Positions 1 to 9,332 of a stretch of 32,000 nt of DNA are shown piece by piece. Numbering within the stretch: position 1 is the first letter of the stretch; each line of letters starts with the position of its first letter. The DNA is from Vibrio vulnificus CMCP6 (GTDB lineage: Bacteria; Pseudomonadota; Gammaproteobacteria; Enterobacterales; Vibrionaceae). The notes below the pieces were generated by a model. That model was not told the DNA's origin and searched no databases. It worked only from the letters and a program-made list of their open reading frames with translations. The DNA lies in assembly GCF_000039765.1 (NCBI RefSeq), contig NC_004460.2:990001-1022000 (forward strand), given 5' to 3'. The position numbers were made by a program, and so were the translations under genes.

Positions 1-1
1 C

Positions 2-604
2 TCACGTTGGAAAGAGTATTACCAAAAGTGGGTGGCAAGCCCGGAATACAACAAACTGCTCTCCATCAGTGTGTTCTTAGAAGTTCGCTCAATTCACGGC
101 AGCCGTGAATTGGTAGAGCAGATCCAACAGCATCTACACCATTGCATTCAGCAAAGTCCGAGTTTTATTCCTGCTTTGGTGCGCGATGCGATCGACACTC
201 AACCGCCATTGGGCATTTTTAACCATTTGGTGCTGGAAAAAGGCGGCCAAAACAGCAACACGTTAAACATCAAAAAATACGCACTTAATCTCATCATCGA
301 TCTGGCGCGTATTTTCAGCTTGGCCGCAGGAGGCTCCCTAACAGGCACCGAAGAGCGATTCCGTTTTGCGGTCGAACACGGCACCCTATCAAAAGGCAGT
401 TGCGACAACATCATTGGCGCCTATCGTTTCATTACTCAGGTACGTTTTCGTCATCAGTTGAATGCCATTTTGGCAGGAAAAACACCCGACAATCATATCT
501 CTCCGGATGAAATCAGCAGCTTTGAACGCAAACACCTCAAAGATGCCTTTAAGATCATCAGCGAGTTGCAAGATGTCGCCAAACTGAAGTTTGTTAAAGG
601 CTAG
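2..604 (+). CDS. C-terminal part of DUF294-family putative nucleotidyltransferase/CBS-domain signalling protein (5' truncated by window edge)
   Basis: Reading frame is open to the window start (SRWKEYYQKWVASPEYNKLLSISVFLEVRSIHG...). The sequence resembles the DUF294 C-terminal substrate-binding-like domain (FLEVRSIHGSRELVEQIQQH...F.RHLVLEKGG). The listed ATG at 32 is internal. Confidence 0.75.
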   Translation, partial: SRWKEYYQKWVASPEYNKLLSISVFLEVRSIHGSRELVEQIQQHLHHCIQQSPSFIPALVRDAIDTQPPLGIFNHLVLEKGGQNSNTLNIKKYALNLIIDLARIFSLAAGGSLTGTEERFRFAVEHGTLSKGSCDNIIGAYRFITQVRFRHQLNAILAGKTPDNHISPDEISSFERKHLKDAFKIISELQDVAKLKFVKG

Positions 605-1342
605 ATGATGATAAAGAAATGGTTCAAGCGCTGGGACACCATGCCCAGCCAAGAACAGATACGCCAACAGATCGTCGTTGAATCGGCGTGGCCCGAAGCG
701 CTGCAAAACTACCTGAATACGCCGCTCATTGCACAAGAGACGCCACTTCATCAAGTCTCGTTTCTTGCTTTGGATTTTGAAACCACTGGGCTTGACGCAA
801 AACACGATAAAATACTGTCCATCGGTATGGTGGATTTGACGCTCGAAGGCATTAACCTCTCAAGCGCAGAAGAGATCCTGCTCAACCATGGCGCGTACAT
901 TAAAGCCGAATCTGCGCGCATTAACGGCCTAACGCCACAGGCGCTAGAGCAAGGTTGCTCGCTAGAGCAAGGTTGCTCGCTAGAGCAAGGGATGATGCGT
1001 TTATTTGAACGTGCACAAGGCAAAGTTCTGCTCGCGCACAGCGCAATCATTGAACAAGGTTTTCTCCAAGCCTTTGCTCAACAACATTTTCAGCTTGCCA
1101 AATTGCCTTGCCACTTCGTGGATACACTGCAAATTGAAAAGCGCTTTAGCTACGCAGGGAAAAGCGGCCAACGCAGCAGTTTTCAACTTGATGATTTACG
1201 ACGTTGTTATCACTTACCCGATTACCATTCTCATTCTGCCGCCAGTGATGCCTTGGCCTGTGCGGAGTTGTTTATCGTGCAAAGCAAAAAACTCGATCTG
1301 AATAAACAACGGCAGTTAAACACGGTTTTGTGCTCCATATAA
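605..1342 (+). CDS. 3'-5' exonuclease, DnaQ/DNA polymerase III epsilon-like (DEDDh)
   Basis: Motifs FLALDFETTGLD, LLAHSAIIEQGF and HSAASDALACAELF match the ExoI/ExoII/ExoIII signature. Start abuts the previous stop, suggesting an operon with the DUF294 protein. Confidence 0.85.
   Translation: MMIKKWFKRWDTMPSQEQIRQQIVVESAWPEALQNYLNTPLIAQETPLHQVSFLALDFETTGLDAKHDKILSIGMVDLTLEGINLSSAEEILLNHGAYIKAESARINGLTPQALEQGCSLEQGCSLEQGMMRLFERAQGKVLLAHSAIIEQGFLQAFAQQHFQLAKLPCHFVDTLQIEKRFSYAGKSGQRSSFQLDDLRRCYHLPDYHSHSAASDALACAELFIVQSKKLDLNKQRQLNTVLCSI
943..990 (+). repeat. 2.67 copies of an 18-bp in-frame tandem repeat GCTAGAGCAAGGTTGCTC (encodes LEQGCS)
   Basis: Direct reading: 943-960 and 961-978 are identical, and 979-990 matches the first 12 nt of the unit. 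Confidence 0.95.
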
Positions 1343-1942
1343 CGTCAAAGCCAATCACGCTGTTTATCCATGCTCGTGGGTATTAAGCACCATCTCTTGC
1401 TCTTAGAAAAAAGTCGACGGCAGCGCAAATCTGCCATTGCCTTACAGCGACCTACAACAACCAATCACTTTGGAAAGGACACACTGCAAACGTTAATTAT
1501 TCCAAGAGGTTATACCTAATGGGGGGATTAACGTTTCTAAAGGCATGATTTTTGTTTTGCCTCAAACTTAAATAACCATACAAAATGTAAGAATATATTT
1601 ATTTCCCACTTTCAGATTTAAATACCATATATGAATTACTTAATAGAGATATATTCTTATTTAACAATAATGTCGCACTGTCTATGAAAAATCACGCCAA
1701 TCACATAAAAGTTAAATTAAAACAACACTTTATAATTGCGTAAAATTTCAGAAATATATGAAACATAGATAATAAAAACAATTTAAATATCATGCATTTG
1801 AAATGTAAAGACACTCTCATAAAATAGGTTTCATACTCTGTTTTATTGAAAATGTGCACTGGCTCGACTTAATTAACTTCAATACATGAATGCGAAATAA
1901 ATAATGATTCATGTCAAAAATGATTTTGCCATCGGCCTCTAA

Positions 1943-1970
1943 TAATAAATCAGTCAAAAAGGATTTATTA
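1943..1970. promoter_or_regulatory. 9-bp perfect inverted repeat TAATAAATC-(10 nt)-GATTTATTA just upstream of the Shine-Dalgarno of the DUF3360-like gene
   Basis: Arms 1943-1951 and 1962-1970; GGAG at 1972-1975; ATG at 1981. Confidence 0.5.
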
Positions 1971-1980
1971 TGGAGAAACC

Positions 1981-3435
1981 ATGAGCCAACACGAATCATC
2001 TAGCTATCAGTCTCGTCGTCGCAAGGCGAACGAGTTTTCTACTCGATCGGAATACTTAGAACATGAACTGAATATTCTCTCCTTTAAAAAATGGCGCGTA
2101 CATCTGCCTTTCCGCGACTTTGGTATTGAAATTGAAGACTGGGTGCCCGCCATCGCAGCCACTATTGGTAAAGTGGTGATGGTCACCGCAATGGTGGCCG
2201 CTTTCGCCGCCCAGTTTGGCCTTTCCCCTGAATTTGTTGCTGAAAACGTACGCTATGAGTTGATCATCGCGGGTCTTTTGTTTGTTATCTTTTTTTCCGC
2301 GATTTTAAACCCTAGAGCCAACTTAGCCGGCACGCACGGGCCCATGATTCCATTGATTCCGCTTGTTGCCGCAGCAGGTGGACACCCACTCGCTCTAGGC
2401 ATCATGGTTGGCGTGTTTGGTTTGATCCTCAGCGCCACCAAAGGCGGCTCAAAACTGGTTCGTTTAACCGGTGAAGGGGTTCGCGGTGGATTGCTGATTT
2501 ATTTAGGCGCAGTGGGACTGATTAGCCAACTGAGCAAGTTTGAAAGCTGGTCAGTGGCCTCTGGCATGGAGTCGGTCTCGTTTGTAGTGATCTCCACCAC
2601 CATTGTGATCTACGCCTATTTGGCGAAAATTGAAAAACGCTGGTTGGCGATCCCGCTGTGTTCGTTGATTGCTGGTGTGGTTTCCTACCTAATGGGCGTG
2701 CCATTTGAATTCACCACAGAGCCTGGCTTACCGAACATGAGCCCATTCTACTGGTGGGGCGAAGAGACAGGTTGGCAGTTAGGTTGGCCTGAGTTTGAGC
2801 ACTACATTGCGGTGATTCCTTTCGCGATTTTGGCTGTCGCCATGTGGTCACCCGATTTTCTTGGCCACCGCGTATTCCAAGAACTGAACTACCCGAAAAC
2901 CGCCAAAGATGCACTGATGGATGTGGACGACACCATGACGGTTTGCTCAATTCGTCAGATCATTGGTGCTGGCCTTGGTGGCGGTAACCTCGCATCGTCT
3001 TGGGGAACGTACATGATCCCAGCAGCGATTGCCAAACGCCCCATCCCTGGAGGCGCTCTGCTTACGGGTATTCTGTGTATCGTTGCAGCTGTGCTGGGCT
3101 ATCCGATGGATCTGGCGATGTGGGAACCGGTACTGCGCGTTGCGCTGTTGGTAGGCGTATTCCTGCCGTTACTGGAAGCGGGCATGCAGATGGTACGTAA
3201 CGCTCGTAACTCGCAAAGTGCGGGGATTTGTATGTTTGCTTGTGCGCTGGTTAACCCCGTTTTCGGTTGGGCAATTACCATGTTGCTCGACAATACGGGC
3301 CTCATTGGCAACCGCGAGCGCAGCGAAACGTTAAACCGCACTGACCGTTTAGGCATTCCACTCGCAACCGTATTAGTTTGTGTTGGCGCGTTAGCCGCTG
3401 TTGGTCAATTACCGGGCATTCCTGCGCTTCTTTAA
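1981..3435 (+). CDS. DUF3360-like multi-pass membrane protein (putative permease, distantly SulP/nucleobase-transporter-like)
   Basis: 484 aa with many hydrophobic segments (NPRANLAGTHGPMIPLIPLVAAAGGHPLALGIMVGVFGLILSATKGG). Good SD GGAG upstream and a terminator hairpin downstream. Confidence 0.75.
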   Translation: MSQHESSSYQSRRRKANEFSTRSEYLEHELNILSFKKWRVHLPFRDFGIEIEDWVPAIAATIGKVVMVTAMVAAFAAQFGLSPEFVAENVRYELIIAGLLFVIFFSAILNPRANLAGTHGPMIPLIPLVAAAGGHPLALGIMVGVFGLILSATKGGSKLVRLTGEGVRGGLLIYLGAVGLISQLSKFESWSVASGMESVSFVVISTTIVIYAYLAKIEKRWLAIPLCSLIAGVVSYLMGVPFEFTTEPGLPNMSPFYWWGEETGWQLGWPEFEHYIAVIPFAILAVAMWSPDFLGHRVFQELNYPKTAKDALMDVDDTMTVCSIRQIIGAGLGGGNLASSWGTYMIPAAIAKRPIPGGALLTGILCIVAAVLGYPMDLAMWEPVLRVALLVGVFLPLLEAGMQMVRNARNSQSAGICMFACALVNPVFGWAITMLLDNTGLIGNRERSETLNRTDRLGIPLATVLVCVGALAAVGQLPGIPALL

Positions 3436-3450
3436 CGCTGGTTTTGCCGA

Positions 3451-3480
3451 AAGATCCGCTCAAAGGGCGGATCTTTTTCT
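3451..3480 (+). terminator. Rho-independent terminator downstream of the DUF3360-like gene
   Basis: AAGATCCGC-TCAAAGG-GCGGATCTT followed by TTTCTTTC. Confidence 0.85.
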
Positions 3481-3602
3481 TTCTGAATGCTCCGTCAGAT
3501 TAGCCAAACTGATCCGCCATTAGTTTGATTCAATAGACTTCCTCTCTTTTGCTTCCTATGCTGCGGTGACGCATATCTCGTCACGCAATACAAGGAAAGA
3601 TC

Positions 3603-3998
3603 ATGACCGGCATTACCGATTTACAGCACCTACTTCAATCGATGTCTCCACAATTGGTTGAGGGCGACTATGTTTTTTGCACCGTCGATGGCCCACTTAA
3701 GGACTATCTACACCTTGACCCCATCGCTACATTTCGTGAGCAAGAAGGGCTCACTTTGGTGCTTGAAGCTCAGCAAGCCGAACAAGCCGGATTGACTACC
3801 GATAGCCGTTTTTGTTTGATTACCCTCACCGTCCATTCAAGCTTAGAAGCCGTCGGGCTAACCGCCGCTTTTGCCAGCAAGTTAGCCAGTTATGGCATTA
3901 GCGCCAACGTGATTGCAGGTTATTATCACGACCATATTTTTGTACCAAAAGGAAAAGCTCACGAGGCAATGAGCGCACTCACTGAGTTGACTGCGTAG
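3603..3998 (+). CDS. ACT-domain protein (COG3602-like)
   Basis: 131 aa with two ACT-like halves (YVFCTVDG...EGLTLVLE...; FCLITLTVHSSLEAVGLTAAFASKLASYGISANVIAGYYHDHIFVP). SD AAGGAAAG upstream. Confidence 0.85.
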   Translation: MTGITDLQHLLQSMSPQLVEGDYVFCTVDGPLKDYLHLDPIATFREQEGLTLVLEAQQAEQAGLTTDSRFCLITLTVHSSLEAVGLTAAFASKLASYGISANVIAGYYHDHIFVPKGKAHEAMSALTELTA

Positions 3999-4081
3999 AA
4001 AAATTCGCCAAAGCCCCCGCTTTGAAAAAACCGTTGCGATAATGTTAGAGTATAAAAAACGGTTATTCAGGATAAGGATAT

Positions 4082-5614
4082 ATGAAGACACCCACCCCAA
4101 AGCTTTCATTACGCATATTGAAAAAAAGTGATTACGAGCAAGTGGCCAGTTTAATGGATTTGGTTTTTCACGACGTCGGCGGGGCTTGGCCAAGAATGAC
4201 CATAATGGATCTCATTCATCAGTTCCCTGATGGACAAATCTGCATAGAGGATTCCGGTAAAATCATTGCGGCAGCGCTCACCATCAAAGTGGATTATAAC
4301 CGCTTCTCTCTCCCCCATGTATATACCGATATCATCAATGAAAACAATGTAATACAACACAAATCAAATGGTGATGCCTTGTATGGCCTCGACGTATTTG
4401 TTCACCCGGATTATCGCGGGCTACGTTTGGGTCGAAGACTGTATGAAGCGCGAAAAGAGCTGTGTCGAAGCAATAACCTCAAAGCCATCTTGGCGGGTGG
4501 TCGAATTCCCGGATACAAGCCATACGGCGGAAAACTGCCTGTGGCAGAGTACATAGAAAAAGTCTCACGCAAAGAGCTTCATGACCCAATACTCTCATTT
4601 CAGCTCTCAAACGATTTCGATGTGAAGCGCATCATGCGCCATTATCTTCCCGAAGATGACAGCTCACACGGTTACGCAACGTTACTGGAATGGGACAACT
4701 TCTTTTATGAAGAAGACGTCTATTCCGTTCATGACATCGAGAAAACGATTGTTCGTATCGGTATTGTGCAGTGGCAAATGCGCATGGTGAACGATTTGGA
4801 AGACTTGTTGGATCAGGCGGAGTTTTTTATTGATTCGCTGTCAAAATACAAAGCGGATTTCGCACTCTTTCCGGAGTTCTTTAACGCGCCTTTAATGGGA
4901 TTGGCAGAAGATCAAAACTCTGTTGAAGCGATTCGCTTCCTCGCCTCGTTCTCTGAGCGTGTCAAACTGACCATGTCTCAACTTGCCGTGACCTACAACA
5001 TTAATATCATCGCAGGCAGCATGCCTGTTTTAGAAAACGGCCAGCTTTACAACATCTCTTACTTGCTTCGTCGTGATGGCACGATTGAGTCCCAACATAA
5101 AATCCACATTACCCCACATGAACAACGAGACTGGGTTATTGATGGCGGCGACAAAGTTTCGGTGTTTGACACCGATGCGGGACGTATTGGGATTTTGATT
5201 TGTTATGACAGTGAGTTTCCCGAGCTCGGACGTATGCTGGCTGAACAAGGCGTGCAGATCATTTTTGTTCCGTTCTGGACGGATACCAAAAATGGTTATC
5301 AACGTGTGAGAATTTGCTCCCAAGCGCGCGCGATTGAAAATGAATGTTATGTCGCCATTGGTGGTAGTGTTGGCAACCTGCCTAGGGTCGATAACGTCGA
5401 TATCCAATACGCTCAATCGGCAGTGTTCTCACCTTCAGACGTGTTCTTCCCACACGATGCCACCATTGCAGAAGCAAGCCCAAATACGGAAATGATCATT
5501 TTTGCCGATGTGGATTTGGATAAACTCAAGCAACTGAACATGGAAGGCTCAGTGACCAACTTACGTCATCGACGAATGGATCTTTATGGTGGATTCACTC
5601 AGAAAAAAGAATAG
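4082..5614 (+). CDS. Bifunctional GNAT N-acetyltransferase / carbon-nitrogen hydrolase (nitrilase superfamily) fusion
   Basis: N-terminal GNAT motif (VHPDYRGLRLGRRLYEARKELC). C-terminal nitrilase-superfamily triad context: FPEFFNAP (Glu), HKIHITPHE (Lys), GILICYDSEFPE (Cys). Confidence 0.9.
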   Translation: MKTPTPKLSLRILKKSDYEQVASLMDLVFHDVGGAWPRMTIMDLIHQFPDGQICIEDSGKIIAAALTIKVDYNRFSLPHVYTDIINENNVIQHKSNGDALYGLDVFVHPDYRGLRLGRRLYEARKELCRSNNLKAILAGGRIPGYKPYGGKLPVAEYIEKVSRKELHDPILSFQLSNDFDVKRIMRHYLPEDDSSHGYATLLEWDNFFYEEDVYSVHDIEKTIVRIGIVQWQMRMVNDLEDLLDQAEFFIDSLSKYKADFALFPEFFNAPLMGLAEDQNSVEAIRFLASFSERVKLTMSQLAVTYNINIIAGSMPVLENGQLYNISYLLRRDGTIESQHKIHITPHEQRDWVIDGGDKVSVFDTDAGRIGILICYDSEFPELGRMLAEQGVQIIFVPFWTDTKNGYQRVRICSQARAIENECYVAIGGSVGNLPRVDNVDIQYAQSAVFSPSDVFFPHDATIAEASPNTEMIIFADVDLDKLKQLNMEGSVTNLRHRRMDLYGGFTQKKE

Positions 5615-5703
5615 ATACAAACCAAGCCATTGACACTTGTGATGATTGCTCTTTTTTATTGGTGCTTTAGCATAAATAGGTTATAAAAACGCTCAACAAA
5701 CCA

Positions 5704-6315
5704 ATGAGTAACAGCTTGATGAATCAGTGGATTAATTTTGAACAGTGGAGTCAGTACATTCCTTCTGACTCCTTTCTCTTTAAACTCCTTATGGCGCTGG
5801 TGCTGCTCGCCGCGTATCAGGTTGTCAAAAAAATCACCAACCGTGCGGTGGCCAATTTAGCCCTCTCAAAGGGTGTGAATAAGGCAAGGCAAAGCTTTAT
5901 TCAACGGGCATTTAATACCGCACTGCTCTTCCTGTTCGCCTCAATTTTTTCGGTAATCGCAGGAATCGGATACGGCGATGTGTCGCTGTTCCTTTCTTCT
6001 ATCTTTGCGGTCTTAGGGGTCGCCTTCATTGCTCAGTGGTCAATCCTCAGTAATGTCACCGCCAGTTTTTTGATCTTTTTCGTTTTCCCATACAAAGTGG
6101 GCGATCGAATCAAAGTGGTGGACAAAGACGAAGACATCAGCGGCGAAATTCTCGATATCAGCATGTTCCATGTGCTGATAAAGCACGATAATGGCCACGT
6201 GATCACCTACCCCAATAACTTGATGCTGCAAAAAGCGGTGCTTAAGTTAGGGCAAAAAACGCCACAAAAAGCCAAATCAACCGCTCGCTTGTACACACGA
6301 ATCAAGAAGAAGTAA
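5704..6315 (+). CDS. Small MscS-family mechanosensitive channel domain protein
   Basis: 203 aa; hydrophobic helices followed by an MscS beta-domain-like segment (FPYKVGDRIKVVDKDEDISGEILDISMFHVLIKHDNGHVITYPNNLMLQKAV). Confidence 0.85.
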   Translation: MSNSLMNQWINFEQWSQYIPSDSFLFKLLMALVLLAAYQVVKKITNRAVANLALSKGVNKARQSFIQRAFNTALLFLFASIFSVIAGIGYGDVSLFLSSIFAVLGVAFIAQWSILSNVTASFLIFFVFPYKVGDRIKVVDKDEDISGEILDISMFHVLIKHDNGHVITYPNNLMLQKAVLKLGQKTPQKAKSTARLYTRIKKK

Positions 6316-6345
6316 CACGCAACTTTGCCGATGCGCCTAAAATAA

Positions 6346-6394
6346 AGCCCCATTCTCGTGTCGCCGATTTATCGTGCTAAGAGTGGGGCTTTTT
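6346..6394. terminator. Bidirectional rho-independent terminator between convergent genes
   Basis: AGCCCCATTCT...AGAGTGGGGCT (11-bp stem with one mismatch) flanked by TAAA on the left and TTTTTC on the right. Confidence 0.75.
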
Positions 6395-6409
6395 CATTGT
6401 GCTATTGGG

Positions 6410-8629
6410 TTAGTTGAACGTCTTGGTCAGTTTGAAAAATAGCGTCTCACCACTGCTGTCATCCACACCATCATTGTCAGTTACCGCGTAGCCGTGGCCA
6501 TTCACATCAATCGCGAAGCCTTCAATTTTATCTGTGACATATCCCTTGTTGGCTTTGAAATGCGGCAGAAAATCGTACACCATTTCTTTTTGTACGACAG
6601 GCAAAGGAGAACCAAGTTCTACTGGCTTAAGATCGGTGAGTGAGACACGGTACAAACGTTTGATCTTCGCCTGCTTACCAAGCTGATTATCACGTTCAAT
6701 GACATAGAGGTTGCCTTGATACGCAGTAATTTCAGACAAGCCGACCCAGCCTTTATCACTCTGCTCTAGCGGATAACTCACTGCGCCCCACTGGCGAGTT
6801 TTAGTGTTATAGCTCAGCAATTTAGTGGTGTTTTTCGCATCATCTTTCCACGGTCGCTGCAACGCAATCCACAATACATCGTCAACGCGTGTAATGCCTT
6901 CTGCGCCATAGCGCGTTTGGTGCTTGAGTAGCTCTTGAGGGAACAATACTCGCTCCATCACTTCCCCCTGCGCGTTAACATGCACCAGTGCGTGTGGAAT
7001 CGCTTTTTTCTCATTGCCTTCAGAAGCTAACCAGAAGCCGCCCTTTCCATCGGTGGTGATCCCTTCGAGGTCGAGTTTTTTGGCTGCTTTTCCATTCTCC
7101 GTCACTCTTAATGCCTGCCTAATCACTGCAGGCTGAGCAAAAGCATCAATCGTGAAGATGGTTGGCTGAGCAGAGTAAAAGCTGTCATTCACTGCGTAGA
7201 AAGTCGCGGCCTTTTGGCTATCCGCCACCAGCCCAGATAATGCTCCCCAACCAATTGGCGCGTTATTTTTGTCATTGGCTGAGACAATTTGCGGATAATT
7301 GGCCACCCCTGACGATAATTGATAGATCATCACATGAGATCGAGCGCTGCCGTCTTCCACCAAATCGGCTTCATTGGCGGTCACCAATAGATTGCGCTGC
7401 GGAATGGCAATGGCGGATTCTGGCGCAATACCTGAAGGCAACAACTGTAACCACTGCGGTTCACGCCCAGTGTCTTTATACACGCCCACTACCGAACCCC
7501 GCTCGGAGAGCACGAAGATATAACGCTGGCCGTTAAAGGTCGCGACCTCCAACCCTTCTGGTTCAATGCCTTTTTTACCAGAACGTTTTTCAGGATAATG
7601 GCCCGCACGTATCACTTGATGCTCAAACGATGCGCCACTTTCGAATAACACATCGCCACGCTGGTTAAAGATGGTAAAACCACGCGCCCCGCCCTGATAA
7701 TCACCTTCGTTGGCAATCACTAAGCGCTCGTTGTCTAACCATTTCACCGCATCCGGCTCGCGGTGTACGCCTTTTTGCTCACCCGTGAAGGTCAGCGCCC
7801 CCTCTTTCTTCACATCAATCTGGGTAAGATCCACACTGCCTGCGGAGAAATGATTAAGCACTTTTGCGCTCGCCGCATCAACGATCACCATATGGTTGTT
7901 CTCTTGCAAAGTGACGGCGATTTGGTTGGCATCGTTAAATGCAACAAATTCGGGTTCCGGATCATCAGCACCAATGGTCGCTAAGCCCGTCAATTCAACG
8001 CGTTTGGCGCTTTGGCAATCTGGTTTACCTTGTTTAGTCTGCAAGACGACCAAATAACCTGCTGGCAGTTGTGGCAGAGCACCATCGTTCAGCTCCTCGT
8101 CGCGTTCGTTTTCGATCGCTACTGCAATAAACTGACCATCTTTCGACACGGCCACCGAATCTGGCTGACCACCTAAATCACACTGGTCGGTGATTTTACG
8201 GCTGTTCACAGATACCACCGCTAAGTAACCAGAAGGTTGCGTATAACTTTTCGAGGTATTCACGCCAGCGATGACCCAATTATCAAACGCAGCCACCGAG
8301 GTAGGCTCACCGTTGAGAGAGAGAAAACCCGCCGCTTTGGGCTGATTGGCTTGCTTAATATCGATAAAACCGATGCCACCCAGTGGGCTGTCAGAATAGA
8401 TCAGCGTGTTGCCATCAGGTGTTACCGTAATAATTTCCGCAGACGTTGTTTTTTGCTTATCAAACCCCGCAGGTAGGTTGTCTGCCACGGCAAAACTGGC
8501 AATACGCTTAAAGCTTTCGGTGGTGCTAGACCTTTCTGCTGCACTCGCGAACGTGGTCAATGAAGCCCCCAAAAACATCGCCGCCGTGACACTTTGTCGC
8601 AGCAACGAGCGTGGAAATAGATGAGCCAT
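6410..8629 (-). CDS. Secreted esterase-like phytase-family beta-propeller protein
   Basis: Signal peptide (MAHLFPRSLLRQSVTAAMFLGASLTTFASAAE). N-terminal propeller-like repeats (GEPTSVAAFDNWVIAGVNTS; GQPDSVAVSKDGQFIAVAIENERDE). C-terminal phytase-like signatures (KLDLEGITTDGKGGFWLASEGN; IEGFAIDVNGHGYAVTDNDGVDDSSGETLFFKL). Confidence 0.85.
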   Translation of the reverse strand: MAHLFPRSLLRQSVTAAMFLGASLTTFASAAERSSTTESFKRIASFAVADNLPAGFDKQKTTSAEIITVTPDGNTLIYSDSPLGGIGFIDIKQANQPKAAGFLSLNGEPTSVAAFDNWVIAGVNTSKSYTQPSGYLAVVSVNSRKITDQCDLGGQPDSVAVSKDGQFIAVAIENERDEELNDGALPQLPAGYLVVLQTKQGKPDCQSAKRVELTGLATIGADDPEPEFVAFNDANQIAVTLQENNHMVIVDAASAKVLNHFSAGSVDLTQIDVKKEGALTFTGEQKGVHREPDAVKWLDNERLVIANEGDYQGGARGFTIFNQRGDVLFESGASFEHQVIRAGHYPEKRSGKKGIEPEGLEVATFNGQRYIFVLSERGSVVGVYKDTGREPQWLQLLPSGIAPESAIAIPQRNLLVTANEADLVEDGSARSHVMIYQLSSGVANYPQIVSANDKNNAPIGWGALSGLVADSQKAATFYAVNDSFYSAQPTIFTIDAFAQPAVIRQALRVTENGKAAKKLDLEGITTDGKGGFWLASEGNEKKAIPHALVHVNAQGEVMERVLFPQELLKHQTRYGAEGITRVDDVLWIALQRPWKDDAKNTTKLLSYNTKTRQWGAVSYPLEQSDKGWVGLSEITAYQGNLYVIERDNQLGKQAKIKRLYRVSLTDLKPVELGSPLPVVQKEMVYDFLPHFKANKGYVTDKIEGFAIDVNGHGYAVTDNDGVDDSSGETLFFKLTKTFN

Positions 8630-8769
8630 ATAAATATCCTTATCAATGAGAAAATGACGCTACCGTAGCGGGAATTTATGACAAATGCGTGAGCATCTGA
8701 TGGCATTTTTATGATGACCAGTTGCAATCTTAAAGGCGTGGCACACTCTGTGATGAAAACAGTGATGAT

Positions 8770-9288
8770 TCAGTGTGAGAGACGTTGACGAGGGTGGGTT
8801 AATGACGACATGACGGCAAGCGTGTCAAGCTCATGGCTGAGCGCTAAATAGTACCAATCAAAGCAAAGTCCGCTATTTCGCAGGTTAGAGAAGCGCCCAA
8901 AGTGTTCGAATCCCAACTTCATTAAGTTTTGGTTCGACGCCAAGTTCTCCGGTTTGATCACTGCGTATAACAGTGATAAACCTTGCTCACGGGCATAATC
9001 GATGCGCATTTGAGTCAGGCGCTTGGCAATGCCTCGCCCCTGATACTCAGGTAAGACATACAAATGGCCAATTTCACCGATGGTTGGCTGAGTCAGAGTT
9101 TTGATCGTCGCAACAGCAATCACTTGTTCACCATCCAGCGCCACTGCCACGCAGTAATCGTGAGCAAGATTAATGGGGGTCATCAGTCGCTTCGCGTTCG
9201 GCAAGGTGTTCAGATGAGCTTGTGCCTCAAGCAACTGAGCAGAATTGGGATGAAGTTGATAGTGAATCGACACCGATGCAGTCTCCAA
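8770..9288 (-). CDS. GNAT-family N-acetyltransferase
   Basis: EIGHLYVLPEYQGRGIAKRLTQMRIDYAREQGLSLLYAVIKPENLASNQNLMKLGFEHFG is a canonical acetyl-CoA binding motif. Start codon not certain. Confidence 0.85.
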   Translation of the reverse strand: METASVSIHYQLHPNSAQLLEAQAHLNTLPNAKRLMTPINLAHDYCVAVALDGEQVIAVATIKTLTQPTIGEIGHLYVLPEYQGRGIAKRLTQMRIDYAREQGLSLLYAVIKPENLASNQNLMKLGFEHFGRFSNLRNSGLCFDWYYLALSHELDTLAVMSSLTHPRQRLSH

Positions 9289-9332
9289 CGAGCTTATTGA
9301 GCTCCCTCAATAAGCTCTATTGCGAACAAAAA

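Noticed and set aside
1343-1980. Long AT-rich intergenic region considered as a possible mobile-element scar or attachment site
   Set aside because: No inverted terminal repeats, target duplication, transposase remnant or tRNA is visible. Only the inverted repeat near the RBS stands out.
7162-8624. Plus-strand ORFs (e.g. 7162..7536, 8237..8476) opposite the phytase-like gene
   Set aside because: Shadow ORFs of a well supported CDS, with no recognisable family or translation signals.
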